From a virus (Duplodnaviria > Caudoviricetes), in IMG/VR virus record IMGVR_UViG_3300006990_000036, positions 1 to 55,341 of that record: 55,341 nucleotides of DNA. One strand, 5' to 3'. The first letter of the stretch is position 1, and each line of letters starts with the position of its first letter. Below are positions 30,092-39,495 of this stretch, piece after piece. Position numbers and translations under genes: made by a program. Below the pieces are notes generated by a model. The model saw nothing but the letters and a program-made list of their open reading frames with translations, was not told where the DNA came from and searched no databases.

Positions 30092-32976
30092 TGGCTATCA
30101 ATTTTCCTGATTCCCCATCCGTAAACGACACCCACACAGTCAGCAACCGTACATGGCAATGGAACGGAACATACTGGTCTATCGTGGTCAGTAGCGCTTC
30201 TGGTGCCATAGCGACGACAGAGTACGTGGACTCAACTGTTGAAACTGGTGTGCGTTGGAACGAGGCTGTAGACTTAGCGACTGCGGCTGTGCTTCCTAAT
30301 TCTCCCACGTATGACAATGGTTCTTCTGGTGTTGGGGCTACGCTTACGGCTGGCTCTAATGCACGTATCGCTGTTGATGGTGTGAATGGTACGGTGGGTG
30401 ATAGGGTTCTTGTTAAGAATCAGGCGGCTGCGGCTCAGAATGGTATTTATGCGGTCACAACTCAGGGTGATGGTTCAACTGCGTATGTGTTAACTCGTGC
30501 GACCGATAATGACTCAAGTCTTTATGCTGGTGATGCTACGTGGGTTTTGGGCGGATCGTCTAACGCTAATCAGGGTTTTATCCTTACGTCTGAGGGTAGT
30601 GGCACTAATGAGGTGCATACGCTCGGTACGGATTCTTTGACGTATACACAGTTTTCGGGTGTCAGTTCTGTTACTGCTGGAACAAATTTGACGAAGACAG
30701 GTAACACGATTAACCTTGATGCTTCTTTGACTGGTTTGTCGGCTGTTACGTCTACTGCGTTTACGGGCGGTTTGACTGGTGATGTCACTGGCGATTTGAC
30801 TGGTAATGTTAGCGGTAACGTGACTGGTAACGTGACTGGTAATCTCACAGGCGGTGTGACTGGCGATGTGACTGGTAATCTCACAGGCGACGTGACTGGC
30901 GATGTGACTGGCGATGTTACCGGTGATGTTACGGGCACATCATCCCTTGCGACAAGTGTGACTGTTACTGCTAATAACTCTACTGATGAAACAGTTTATA
31001 TCACATTTGTTGACGGTGACACGGGTACGCAGGGTGTCGAAACCGACACGGGGTTGACTTACAATCCGAGTACTGGAGTTATTGGAACTACTTCTGTGAC
31101 GGGTAATCTGACTGGTAACGTGACCGGCAACGTCACGGGCGACGTGACAGGCGATCTAACTGGTAATGCAACCGGCAACCTTACGGGTAATGTCACGGGC
31201 AACGTGACTGGTGATGTGACTGGTGCCCTTACTGGCAACGTTACGGGTAACGTGACGGGCGATGTGACGGGTGATGTGACTGGTGCTCTTACTGGTAACG
31301 TGACTGGCGATGTGACGGGTGATGTAACTGGCAACGTGACGGGTAACGTGACGGGTGATGTGACTGGTGCTCTTACTGGCAACGTTACTGGCGATGTGAC
31401 GGGTGATGTCGCAGGGGACTTAACTGGAGATGTTTTTGCATCCAACGGAACAAGTAAGATTTTAGATAACGGAACTGACGGCACAGACGCTCAACTTACG
31501 GGTAGTGTTGTCGGTGATGTTACTGGTGACGTGACAGGAAATATCACATCTTCTGGAACATCTACGTTCTCAGGCACAGTAAACCTTAACGGTGCAACGG
31601 TTTCCAATGCGGCGTTTAACTTAACGGGCGATCTGACAGGCAATGCAGACACTGCAACGTCGGTGAATCAGATGACAATTACTGCAAACAACTCTACTGA
31701 TGAGACAGTTTACTTAACTTTTGTAGATGGGGCGACAGGCAGTCAAGGGTTAGAAACCGACACGGGCTTGTCGTATAATCCTAGCACGGGTGTTCTCACT
31801 ACCACGACTCTGGCAGGAAACATCACCGGGGACGTAACTTCAGGTAATCTTCAGTTTGGTATTGCAGGGGATAATGAAATTGATACGTCTTCAGGTAATC
31901 TCACACTTGATTCTGCTGGGGGTACCGTTGCAATTGACGATAATGCTACGATTGCTGGAGATTTGACGTTAACTTCAACAGACGCTGGTTCTTCAGCCGG
32001 ACCCATTATTGAGCTTTACCGCAACTCTTCGTCTCCTACCGCCGCTGACTATCTTGGACAGATTCAGTATTCCGGTGAGAACTCAAACGGCGGAACAGAA
32101 ATTTACGCTAAAGTTACTGGTAAAATTCTTGATGCTACACACACCACTGAAGACGGGTTGATTGAGACAGCGATCAAGGGTGGCGGCTCCTTCACAATTG
32201 TTAGTAGACAAAGGGCCGACGAACTACAGTTAATTAATGGTGTGGGTCTTTCAGTAGCTGGTGATGTGACAGTCTCGGGAAACCTAACAGTTGACGGCAC
32301 CACATCGACCATTAATTCTACCACGATTACTGTAGATGACAAAAACATTGAACTAGGTTCTGTTGCCAGTCCCAGTGACACAACTGCGGACGGTGGTGGT
32401 ATCACTCTTAAGGGCGCAACGGATAAAACTTTCAACTGGGTAAATGCTACTGATTCGTGGACTTCATCAGAACATATTGATCTTGCATCGGGTAAAGCAT
32501 TCTACATCAACAATACTTCTGTTCTGTCGGCTTCAGCGCTTGGTACGGCTGTTGCAGTTTCGCTGCTTTCGACTACTGCCTCTTCTTCGGAGGGCCGCAT
32601 TGCGTGGGATGCCACGAATGACAAGATTATTGTTGGCGATGGCTCTACACAGCGTGAGTTTGCGTCCTCTACCTTAAAGACCAACGCACAGACTTCAAGT
32701 TGGACACTCAGCTTGGTTGACAAGGATAAGCTTGTGGAAATAGGTGCAGGCGGCGCTAACACTGTGACGGTTCCGCCTAACTCTTCAGTTGCTTTTCCGA
32801 TAGGCACTCAAATTACTGTGTTACAGACTGGTGCTGGGCAGACCACGCTTACTGCGGGGGCGGGTGTTACTGTTAACGGGACGCCAGGACTTAAGTTGCG
32901 TGACCAGTGGTCATCTGCTACACTAATAAAAAGAGGCACAGATACGTGGGTTGCTGTTGGCGACCTTTCTGACTAA
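30091..32976 (+). CDS. Tail fibre with G(N/D)(V/L)T tetrapeptide repeats
   Basis: MAINFP.SP; GDRVLVKNQ..AQNGIY; TVDDKNIELG; C-term VPPNSSVAFPIGTQI..TDTWVAVGDL. Confidence 0.8.
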   Translation: MAINFPDSPSVNDTHTVSNRTWQWNGTYWSIVVSSASGAIATTEYVDSTVETGVRWNEAVDLATAAVLPNSPTYDNGSSGVGATLTAGSNARIAVDGVNGTVGDRVLVKNQAAAAQNGIYAVTTQGDGSTAYVLTRATDNDSSLYAGDATWVLGGSSNANQGFILTSEGSGTNEVHTLGTDSLTYTQFSGVSSVTAGTNLTKTGNTINLDASLTGLSAVTSTAFTGGLTGDVTGDLTGNVSGNVTGNVTGNLTGGVTGDVTGNLTGDVTGDVTGDVTGDVTGTSSLATSVTVTANNSTDETVYITFVDGDTGTQGVETDTGLTYNPSTGVIGTTSVTGNLTGNVTGNVTGDVTGDLTGNATGNLTGNVTGNVTGDVTGALTGNVTGNVTGDVTGDVTGALTGNVTGDVTGDVTGNVTGNVTGDVTGALTGNVTGDVTGDVAGDLTGDVFASNGTSKILDNGTDGTDAQLTGSVVGDVTGDVTGNITSSGTSTFSGTVNLNGATVSNAAFNLTGDLTGNADTATSVNQMTITANNSTDETVYLTFVDGATGSQGLETDTGLSYNPSTGVLTTTTLAGNITGDVTSGNLQFGIAGDNEIDTSSGNLTLDSAGGTVAIDDNATIAGDLTLTSTDAGSSAGPIIELYRNSSSPTAADYLGQIQYSGENSNGGTEIYAKVTGKILDATHTTEDGLIETAIKGGGSFTIVSRQRADELQLINGVGLSVAGDVTVSGNLTVDGTTSTINSTTITVDDKNIELGSVASPSDTTADGGGITLKGATDKTFNWVNATDSWTSSEHIDLASGKAFYINNTSVLSASALGTAVAVSLLSTTASSSEGRIAWDATNDKIIVGDGSTQREFASSTLKTNAQTSSWTLSLVDKDKLVEIGAGGANTVTVPPNSSVAFPIGTQITVLQTGAGQTTLTAGAGVTVNGTPGLKLRDQWSSATLIKRGTDTWVAVGDLSD
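30760..31430 (+). repeat. Degenerate 12-nt tandem repeats encoding G(N/D/A)(V/L)T
   Basis: Repeated ACTGG(T/C)(A/G)A(C/T)GTG-like units in two blocks; boundaries approximate. Confidence 0.85.
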
Positions 32977-32987
32977 GGTGTAGAGGT

Positions 32988-34007
32988 ATGGCTGTAGGCA
33001 AAGATGTAGGGCAAGGCGGTAAGCTGCCCGAGAGCACTGTAACTAAATCTCCGGGGCAGTCTGGCGGAGGTACGCCTCTCATTGGCAACTCAACTGCCAA
33101 CGACGTGACGTTTGGTATTACTGCGTCCTACACAGGTAAAGGCAACACAGCAGATATCCGGGCCTGGACTAACACTACTGGACCTGCCGGTTCTGACACT
33201 GCGGGCAAGGGTGGCCCTTCCGCTACTTCTGCGGGTGCGGCTAACGTAGCGCAGGGGGTAGAGCAGGACTGTACGTTTGACGTTGTTACCTCTCACACTT
33301 CTGCGCAAGATGAGGTGAGGGCAGGTTTTGCTTACACGTTCATGCGGTCCACTATTGCGGAAGACGGCACTACAGAGACTGAAGAAATCGGTGATTTCAT
33401 TCCAGTCAAAAAGCCCTCCACTTTGAACACTATTAGTGCTACTACTGGTGATGACGCTAGTACTACTGTTTCTTGGACAGCACATACTGTAGGTAACTTC
33501 GGCGCATCGGATTCCAGTTCAGACTACTATGATGAAAGTTACGACAACTATATCAAGTTGGAGGTTACCCCTGCGGGTGGCAGCGCTTCAACAACAACTA
33601 TTACAAACTCTCCTACGTCTTCGTCTAAGGTTCTCTCTGGCTTGACTAATGGTACTGAGTACAGTATCCGAGGTAGGTTAGAAAACGATCATATTGTTGG
33701 AAACTGGTCGAATACTGTAACGGTCACCCCTGTGGCTCCACCTTACTTCCCCCCGTTCTTTCCGCCCTTTTTCCCACCGTTCTTCCCGCCGTTCTTCCCC
33801 CCGTTCTTCCCGCCGTTCTTTCCCCCGTTCTTCCCGCCTTACTTCCCGCCGTTCTTCCCACCGTTCTTCCCGCCTTACTTCCCGCCCTTTTTCCCACCGT
33901 TCTTCCCGCCTTACTTCCCCCCGTTCTTCCCGCCCTTCTTCCCACCGTTCTTCCCACCGTTCTTCCCGCCTTACTTCCCACCGTACTTTCCCCCGGCGTT
34001 CAAGTAA
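32988..34007 (+). CDS. Putative virion protein: FN3-like domain followed by (PPxF)22 at the C-terminus
   Basis: VSWTA..SGLTNGTEYSIRGRLEN..GNWSN is FN3-like; tail PPYF/PPFF..PPAFK; last gene of the fibre cluster. Confidence 0.75.
   Translation: MAVGKDVGQGGKLPESTVTKSPGQSGGGTPLIGNSTANDVTFGITASYTGKGNTADIRAWTNTTGPAGSDTAGKGGPSATSAGAANVAQGVEQDCTFDVVTSHTSAQDEVRAGFAYTFMRSTIAEDGTTETEEIGDFIPVKKPSTLNTISATTGDDASTTVSWTAHTVGNFGASDSSSDYYDESYDNYIKLEVTPAGGSASTTTITNSPTSSSKVLSGLTNGTEYSIRGRLENDHIVGNWSNTVTVTPVAPPYFPPFFPPFFPPFFPPFFPPFFPPFFPPFFPPYFPPFFPPFFPPYFPPFFPPFFPPYFPPFFPPFFPPFFPPFFPPYFPPYFPPAFK
33738..34001 (+). repeat. 22 x 12-nt tandem repeat encoding Pro-Pro-(Phe/Tyr/Ala)-Phe
   Basis: 264 nt = 15 PPFF + 6 PPYF + 1 PPAF; Pro codons vary synonymously. 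Confidence 0.97.
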
Positions 34008-34010
34008 GGA

Positions 34011-34039
34011 TTGACTTCGCCGGGAGTGTGCGTTAGAAT
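34011..34039 (+). promoter_or_regulatory. Sigma-70-type promoter of the oxygenase island, leaderless start at 34046
   Basis: TTGACT-17-TAGAAT-6-ATG. Confidence 0.65.
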
Positions 34040-34045
34040 AACGGT

Positions 34046-34684
34046 ATGGAAGAAGTTTCAATTATCCCTTCAGGGTACTTTGGTGACAGTTCTAACAACA
34101 TCGTTGTGTTTGAAAATTTTATTGACCCTGACGATCTAAGTCTGGTTCAGGCTTTCTTACCCACGATTGATGAATGGGACAACGGTAAAGATACGGAGTA
34201 CGACGAGAACGGTGTATGCATTTATGATGCTGCCTATTGGAATGATCGTATGTGCAGTGGTGGGATTATAGGACGAAAGAATCCTGTGGTGTACCAGACT
34301 ATTGAAAAATATATTGAAAAGATGGCCGGTAAAGTGCAGGAGTTTTTCAACGTTAAAGTGTCATCACGTAACCCTGTTTTGATGCGATGGTTTGAGGGTA
34401 TTGAGCAACAGCCGCACGCTGACAAAGAGCTAAATTGCGGAAGCCCCAATCCTTTTCCCACGTATGACCTCAACTCTCTAATTTATTACAACGACGATTT
34501 TACTGGTGGGGAACTGTACTTCCCTGACCACGATATTGAAATTACCCCAAAGCCAGGTTTGGCAGTAATGTTCGTAGGTGATCGAAACTATCTTCATGGG
34601 GTCCGCACGGTAACGAGTGGTGAACGCTGGACCACGCCGTCGTTTTATACTGTTGTGGAGAACTATAACGAGGGGGCCTGGTGA
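34046..34684 (+). CDS. Fe(II)/2OG oxygenase, prolyl-4-hydroxylase-like
   Basis: PHADKE..YYNDDFTGGELYF..P.PG..HGV..VTSGERW (HxD...H...R). Confidence 0.9.
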   Translation: MEEVSIIPSGYFGDSSNNIVVFENFIDPDDLSLVQAFLPTIDEWDNGKDTEYDENGVCIYDAAYWNDRMCSGGIIGRKNPVVYQTIEKYIEKMAGKVQEFFNVKVSSRNPVLMRWFEGIEQQPHADKELNCGSPNPFPTYDLNSLIYYNDDFTGGELYFPDHDIEITPKPGLAVMFVGDRNYLHGVRTVTSGERWTTPSFYTVVENYNEGAW

Positions 34685-35253
34685 AAGAGCGAGATGGTGT
34701 AGTAGTTGTACCTGATTTTTTAGCTCCTGACACTGTTGCGCTGTTTACCGAAGAAATATCCAAGCTCCCTCGTCACGATATTGAAGACCACTTATACGAT
34801 AAGTGTGTTCAGATGGGTGAGAGCGATGTCTTGAGTCCCTTGATGGGAGACTTAAGATCAAATGTTAAAGAGTTTATTGAAGACTACTATTCATGTGTGG
34901 TCGGGCATGAAGAACTAGCCTCGCTAGTTAGTGGGCTTCCCGGATGGGAGTTACAGCTTCACGCTGACACCCTTCAAGATACGGCCTTGAACTTAGGAAC
35001 TTACGGAGGCTACCCCTCCCGTGACATTTCCACGCTTCTGTATTTTAACGATCACGGCACCGATTTTACTGGTGGTGATCTTTTTATGCCGAATCAAGAT
35101 TTGTTTATTTTTCCAAAAGCAGGGACACTGGTTGCGTTCCCAACAAGCGAAAAGTATCTGCATCAAGTGGCTAAAATTCAGTCTGGTGAGCGATTAAACA
35201 TCACTACGTTTTGGCATGTCCTAGAAAGATTTGACTCTACCCGATACGTCTGA
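34681..35253 (+). CDS. Fe(II)/2OG oxygenase, prolyl-4-hydroxylase-like
   Basis: LHADT..YFND..FTGGDL..PKAG..HQV..SGER. Confidence 0.9.
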   Translation: MKERDGVVVVPDFLAPDTVALFTEEISKLPRHDIEDHLYDKCVQMGESDVLSPLMGDLRSNVKEFIEDYYSCVVGHEELASLVSGLPGWELQLHADTLQDTALNLGTYGGYPSRDISTLLYFNDHGTDFTGGDLFMPNQDLFIFPKAGTLVAFPTSEKYLHQVAKIQSGERLNITTFWHVLERFDSTRYV

Positions 35254-35265
35254 TACGATAACAGC

Positions 35266-36135
35266 ATGAGTTACGGTAACTATAGCGCAGCATCCGAGTT
35301 TGACTATGAATATATTGGTAATCCACAGTTGGGGATTGTTGTTTACAAAAACTGTTTAGATGGAGTAGACTACGTTCCTGACCGTTTACATGCTGCGCTC
35401 GATGATAGTTCACACGATTACTTTAAGTGGCACGAGTCGTTAGTGGGTGAGGGCGTAAAAATGCCTGAGTACCGGGATTGTACCGACTTTAAGATGGCTG
35501 AGGAGTACATCCCTAATACGCCGCCTTCATTTTCGGAGATCAACAATGTGTACACAGATGTTGCGGGCCGGATTAAGTCTGGATTGAATCACTATCAGAG
35601 CATGTACAACATTACTATGCGCTACATGGAGGCAATCAACTTTGTTCGGTACGGGCCAGGGGAGCACTTCGCAGTGCATACTGACCACGGATTTTCTTAC
35701 ATTTGTACGGTATCTAACATTGTGTACTTTAATGACGGGTACGAGGGTGGGGAGCTACACTTTCCGCTGCTGGACATTTCGTATAAGCCTGAAGCGGGTG
35801 ATTCAATATTTTTCCCTTCAACGTACATCTACGCTCATGCATCTCTGCCGGTGACATCAGGGTTCAAATACGCTGCGGTAACAATGTTTGACTACAACGA
35901 TGACTCACATCAGCATGGTGGGTTCTCACGAGACTTCGGGCAGTCTTCTGAGCAACCTGCTCAGCCTGCCTTCCCTGAGGGCGGTCAGACACAGCCTGAA
36001 AGTAGCCCGACACAGGTAGCCGCCTTTGATGAAGAGCAGTTACGCAAAATTATTTACGATGAGATTCACAAGTACGCTGTTGCTAGTTGGGAAGCCAATC
36101 AGGGCTACACACAAGATCAGATGAGGAAACAATGA
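35266..36135 (+). CDS. Fe(II)/2OG oxygenase, prolyl-4-hydroxylase-like
   Basis: VRYGPGEHF.VHTD..YFNDGYEGGELHF..FPS.Y.Y.H...VTSG.KY; own promoter TTGACT-17-TACGAT-6-ATG. Confidence 0.9.
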   Translation: MSYGNYSAASEFDYEYIGNPQLGIVVYKNCLDGVDYVPDRLHAALDDSSHDYFKWHESLVGEGVKMPEYRDCTDFKMAEEYIPNTPPSFSEINNVYTDVAGRIKSGLNHYQSMYNITMRYMEAINFVRYGPGEHFAVHTDHGFSYICTVSNIVYFNDGYEGGELHFPLLDISYKPEAGDSIFFPSTYIYAHASLPVTSGFKYAAVTMFDYNDDSHQHGGFSRDFGQSSEQPAQPAFPEGGQTQPESSPTQVAAFDEEQLRKIIYDEIHKYAVASWEANQGYTQDQMRKQ

Positions 36136-36860
36136 GCAAACTAACTCTTTTGCGTACCCATCAAGGTTCGCCGGAGATTCAACAGTCACGGCTTATGCGT
36201 GGCTGGATGGACGACACTTACAATAAACACGCTTACCGCTGCTTGCCTTTGTCTATGGCAAATGTGAACGGTTGGGAAATTTTGTTACCGTGTGATGTTG
36301 TCGTAAAGTGGGATGGGGGTGACACTGTTCCCACACTTGTCTCGGGCGGAGAGTACAACAACCGTATGGTTGCGGACTGCAATAAGATAGGCATGGTCGA
36401 TTTTCCGTTGGGTTGGGCATTCAATACTGACGAGGGCTATCATACGTGGGTAACTGGGTCCCCTAACTATTTTGTAGAGGGCGCTGTCCCGCTGTCTTCA
36501 ATCATCCCTAGCGACTGGTGGCCGGATGAAGTTCCAACGGCTTGGAAACTGACGGAGCCAGGTAAAGAGGTTGTGTTTCCTAAGGGTATGCCGTTCGCAT
36601 TCTTTTTCGTTTTTGATACAAACCTTATGCCTGCTATTGAGTGTAATGTTGAGAATTTATGGGATAAGCCCGATTTGATGGAAAGCCGTATGCGCTACAG
36701 CGAGGCCAAGATGAAGAAGATGCAGGAAGCGCCGTGGACTTGGATGAACGGAATCCGTACAGGGTTAGACGAGCAAGGCAATCAGATTGGCCCACGCTAC
36801 GAGGGGTCCGTGAAATTAGACGTACCAGAAGTGCCGGAGGTATCATGGCATACGCAATGA
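36132..36860 (+). CDS. DUF6065-like protein
   Basis: R.WMD....HAYRCLPL.MAN..GWEILLP, G.PNY..G..PL..II..DW, F.KGMPF recalled as the DUF6065 pattern; start at ATG 36132. Confidence 0.65.
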   Translation: MSKLTLLRTHQGSPEIQQSRLMRGWMDDTYNKHAYRCLPLSMANVNGWEILLPCDVVVKWDGGDTVPTLVSGGEYNNRMVADCNKIGMVDFPLGWAFNTDEGYHTWVTGSPNYFVEGAVPLSSIIPSDWWPDEVPTAWKLTEPGKEVVFPKGMPFAFFFVFDTNLMPAIECNVENLWDKPDLMESRMRYSEAKMKKMQEAPWTWMNGIRTGLDEQGNQIGPRYEGSVKLDVPEVPEVSWHTQ

Positions 36861-37207
36861 ATGTACACACCCCTCTGGGTATTGAGAAGTTCTTGTTGGA
36901 TTTACCCACGGAAGATAACTGTGGGAGCGCCCACATGCTTAAGGGTAGTTTAGATTTTACTTCGTTCAACAAAATGAATGAGACTTATGTTTTATCTGCA
37001 TTTACTGAGGTCCCATTTAGCTGCTTGGTTAGAGTACAGTGTACACCTAGTGATGAAACGTTGACCGGGGTTGTTGAGATTGGTGATAGTGACACAGGCG
37101 AAATCATGTTCTCGTGCCCTATCGACGGACAAGTTTCTAGCAATCCGCATCCTTGGATTGATCAACATGCTGCTTGGAGCGAAAAATATAAATGGAGGGA
37201 CCAATGA
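36845..37207 (+). CDS. Hypothetical protein
   Basis: 120 aa from ATG 36845 with SD GGAGG; coupled to neighbours. Confidence 0.55.
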   Translation: MAYAMNVHTPLGIEKFLLDLPTEDNCGSAHMLKGSLDFTSFNKMNETYVLSAFTEVPFSCLVRVQCTPSDETLTGVVEIGDSDTGEIMFSCPIDGQVSSNPHPWIDQHAAWSEKYKWRDQ

Positions 37208-37821
37208 GCGTTTATGATGTGCAGATGAAGTCAATTGATGGCAAAGCAGACTTCATGCAACAATTTGATGGTAAGGTGACGCTGGTCGTGAACATTGTGT
37301 CAAAGTTGGGGTATACTCCCCAGTGCAGCACCTTCTGGTCTTTTGGACGCACGACACGCCAGTTGTGGCAGTTACAGAAAGTTCATGACGAGTTTAAAGA
37401 TCGTGGGTTTAGCGTTGTTGGCTTCCCCTGCAATCAGTTCGGGCAGATGGAGCCTGGTGAAAACGAGGAGATTTCTGAGTGGGTAAAGCAGACGTATCCA
37501 TTTGTTAATTTTCCGCTGTCTGAAAAAATTGAAGTTAACGGTAAGGGCGGAAGTCTAGTGTACTCTGCTTTACTGGGTAACGTGACCCGTGTTAAGGATG
37601 CGTCTCCTGCCGACACTTCAGAGGCGGCATATTTAGGCTGGAACAAGTCGGGTGGTGCAGTCGCCCGTATTCCGCACAGTTGGGAAAAGTTTGTTGTCAG
37701 CAGGAGCGGTGAGATGATTACTCGTTTCAATTGGCAGAGCGATCCGCTAGACGACGTTCCTCTAACTACTGGTGAAAGTTGGACAATCCGAGAGTGCATT
37801 GACGAGGTACTGGACTACTAA
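37204..37821 (+). CDS. Glutathione peroxidase-fold protein with a substituted active site
   Basis: GKVTLVVNIVSK, GFSVVGFPCNQFG, EKIEVNG, EKFVV..G..I.RF; catalytic tetrad not conserved. Confidence 0.8.
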   Translation: MSVYDVQMKSIDGKADFMQQFDGKVTLVVNIVSKLGYTPQCSTFWSFGRTTRQLWQLQKVHDEFKDRGFSVVGFPCNQFGQMEPGENEEISEWVKQTYPFVNFPLSEKIEVNGKGGSLVYSALLGNVTRVKDASPADTSEAAYLGWNKSGGAVARIPHSWEKFVVSRSGEMITRFNWQSDPLDDVPLTTGESWTIRECIDEVLDY

Positions 37822-37853
37822 ACGGTATAATAGTAGTAGCGAAAGGTACTTTT

Positions 37854-38705
37854 ATGCGTTTAAGAAACAGTGTGCAGAAAATTGCGCTTGAAGATAAGTT
37901 GAGTCGGCTTCGTCCATTTTTAGAACAGTCTATGCGGCTGGAGGGTATTGATCCTGACGAGTATCCAGATGTTCAGGATTTAATTGATACAATTCCGGGC
38001 ATGATGCCCATCATTAATGATGGCGATCCAGTTAGATTCAGAGGAGGTTATAGGCTGTGGGCGTCGGTGCCACGTACCGACCATCCCGATCATTGGATGA
38101 ATGCGCTGTGCTCTTCTACAGAGACGCATATGCCTATGACCGTAGACGAGTTATATGGTAGAGAAGACTACAAGTCTACTGTTCTGGACCACACGGGTTC
38201 TGATTTTCTGAGAATGATTGAAAAGCATTTAACTCTGTTACACCACGAAGGGCTGGCTCATATCATTTATACGCAAGTTGACTCTGATGTGGGTGCAGGA
38301 ATTATTGAAAAGTTACAGATGACTCATCCGTACACTGCTGCCTGCTCTTTGCATGAGTTCTTTAAACTTTTACTGGAGTGGCAGTGGGCTTTGCTGTACG
38401 CAGATAACACCGAGCCGGTTGCTCAGTTAGCAAGTGACGTGTTGGAGTATTTTGAATTGCATGTTGACGAAGAGGATTCTAACGAAATTGTTCGGGATTT
38501 GATGGCTCTTCCCGATATGCAGGTGGCACAATATGTGAGAACGGGGGAGTGTTCTCTGAATCAAGTTACCCCCGACATGCCTTTGTCTTTCAGGCTCTGG
38601 GCGGCAACGAAGAATCTGATGGAAGAGCCTCGCCCGATACTTGCGCAACTATACATTGATTGTGTATCATATAAGAACATCGAGAAAGATTTAGGAAGAT
38701 TGTGA
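37854..38705 (+). CDS. Hypothetical protein
   Basis: 283 aa ORF; TATAAT and SD upstream; no recognised motif. Confidence 0.65.
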   Translation: MRLRNSVQKIALEDKLSRLRPFLEQSMRLEGIDPDEYPDVQDLIDTIPGMMPIINDGDPVRFRGGYRLWASVPRTDHPDHWMNALCSSTETHMPMTVDELYGREDYKSTVLDHTGSDFLRMIEKHLTLLHHEGLAHIIYTQVDSDVGAGIIEKLQMTHPYTAACSLHEFFKLLLEWQWALLYADNTEPVAQLASDVLEYFELHVDEEDSNEIVRDLMALPDMQVAQYVRTGECSLNQVTPDMPLSFRLWAATKNLMEEPRPILAQLYIDCVSYKNIEKDLGRL

Positions 38706-38712
38706 GAAACCT

Positions 38713-38931
38713 ATGGCTGTAACAGTTTCCGATGCCCAGCGGCAAAAAGCTAAAGAAAAAGCAATGGATTTTTTAAATCAAAACATTGTGTCTATGGCGA
38801 TGATGCTGAACATTGATCCGAGCACACTAACGTCAAGCTATGTTATTCCGGTGTCCGAGAATGACACTGATTACCCTGCGTATCGTTCGCTTTTGACGAT
38901 GGTAGGCAACTTGGAAGCCTTGGAATCATGA
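38713..38931 (+). CDS. Hypothetical protein
   Basis: 72 aa in the operon. Confidence 0.6.
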   Translation: MAVTVSDAQRQKAKEKAMDFLNQNIVSMAMMLNIDPSTLTSSYVIPVSENDTDYPAYRSLLTMVGNLEALES

Positions 38932-39203
38932 AGAAGTATGTCGTCGTTGATAGCTCCGTGGAGCGAGAGGCCGCAGCAGACGGTGTAGATATTAACGCCT
39001 TTGGGGAGTCTGACCAAGGCCCAGAGCCGACAGACGCTTCTCGGGTGTCTGAAGAGCCTGTAAAGTTCGATTCGTCCACGACTGCGTGGAATGTGCCTTC
39101 GGGCGAGGGCTTCCTTTGTCATTTCTACTCCGGTGACACTGATCCGTTAAGGACTTCTTTACCGTTGTCCGCTGAGAGCTTAGACGAGTTTGCCGATGAG
39201 TAG
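38928..39203 (+). CDS. Hypothetical acidic protein
   Basis: 91 aa; ATGA overlap with the previous gene. Confidence 0.6.
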   Translation: MKKYVVVDSSVEREAAADGVDINAFGESDQGPEPTDASRVSEEPVKFDSSTTAWNVPSGEGFLCHFYSGDTDPLRTSLPLSAESLDEFADE

Positions 39204-39495
39204 GGTTGGGAATGCAAGTTCACCGGCTTATAATGCTGTAGCAGATTTGGCGCATGTGGAGCGAGAGTTAATTACGGTGATGTACTCTCTCGGCATGAAT
39301 ACAGAAACTATTTCGTCTTCTTCGTTTGATGAGATCGTTGCTGGTATTAAATCAACCTTCCCTTTCATTCGTTTAGAGCAGGGCCACACATTAGCTTCTA
39401 ACGATGCATTGAAGGAAATTAACGTGTTATTGATGGTGAATGTGCGGCGACTGTGGCATCGCTGGCAGCTAGCGGAGAGTATTGTTAATGGATAA
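39196..39495 (+). CDS. Hypothetical protein
   Basis: 99 aa from ATG 39196, overlapping neighbours. Confidence 0.55.
   Translation: MSRVGNASSPAYNAVADLAHVERELITVMYSLGMNTETISSSSFDEIVAGIKSTFPFIRLEQGHTLASNDALKEINVLLMVNVRRLWHRWQLAESIVNG

Noticed and set aside
30570-31484. Minus-strand PVTS/PVTL-repeat ORFs
   Set aside because: Antisense shadows of the G(N/D)VT fibre repeats
33738-34001. CRISPR array
   Set aside because: 12-nt contiguous units with no spacers, in frame within a CDS; no cas genes
33678-34061. Minus-strand ORFs with REER/GRTAG repeats
   Set aside because: Antisense shadows of the PPxF repeat; synonymous variation fits the plus-strand frame
37290-37330. Selenocysteine at the GPx active site
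   Set aside because: The codon is TTG (Leu), not TGA; no in-frame stop
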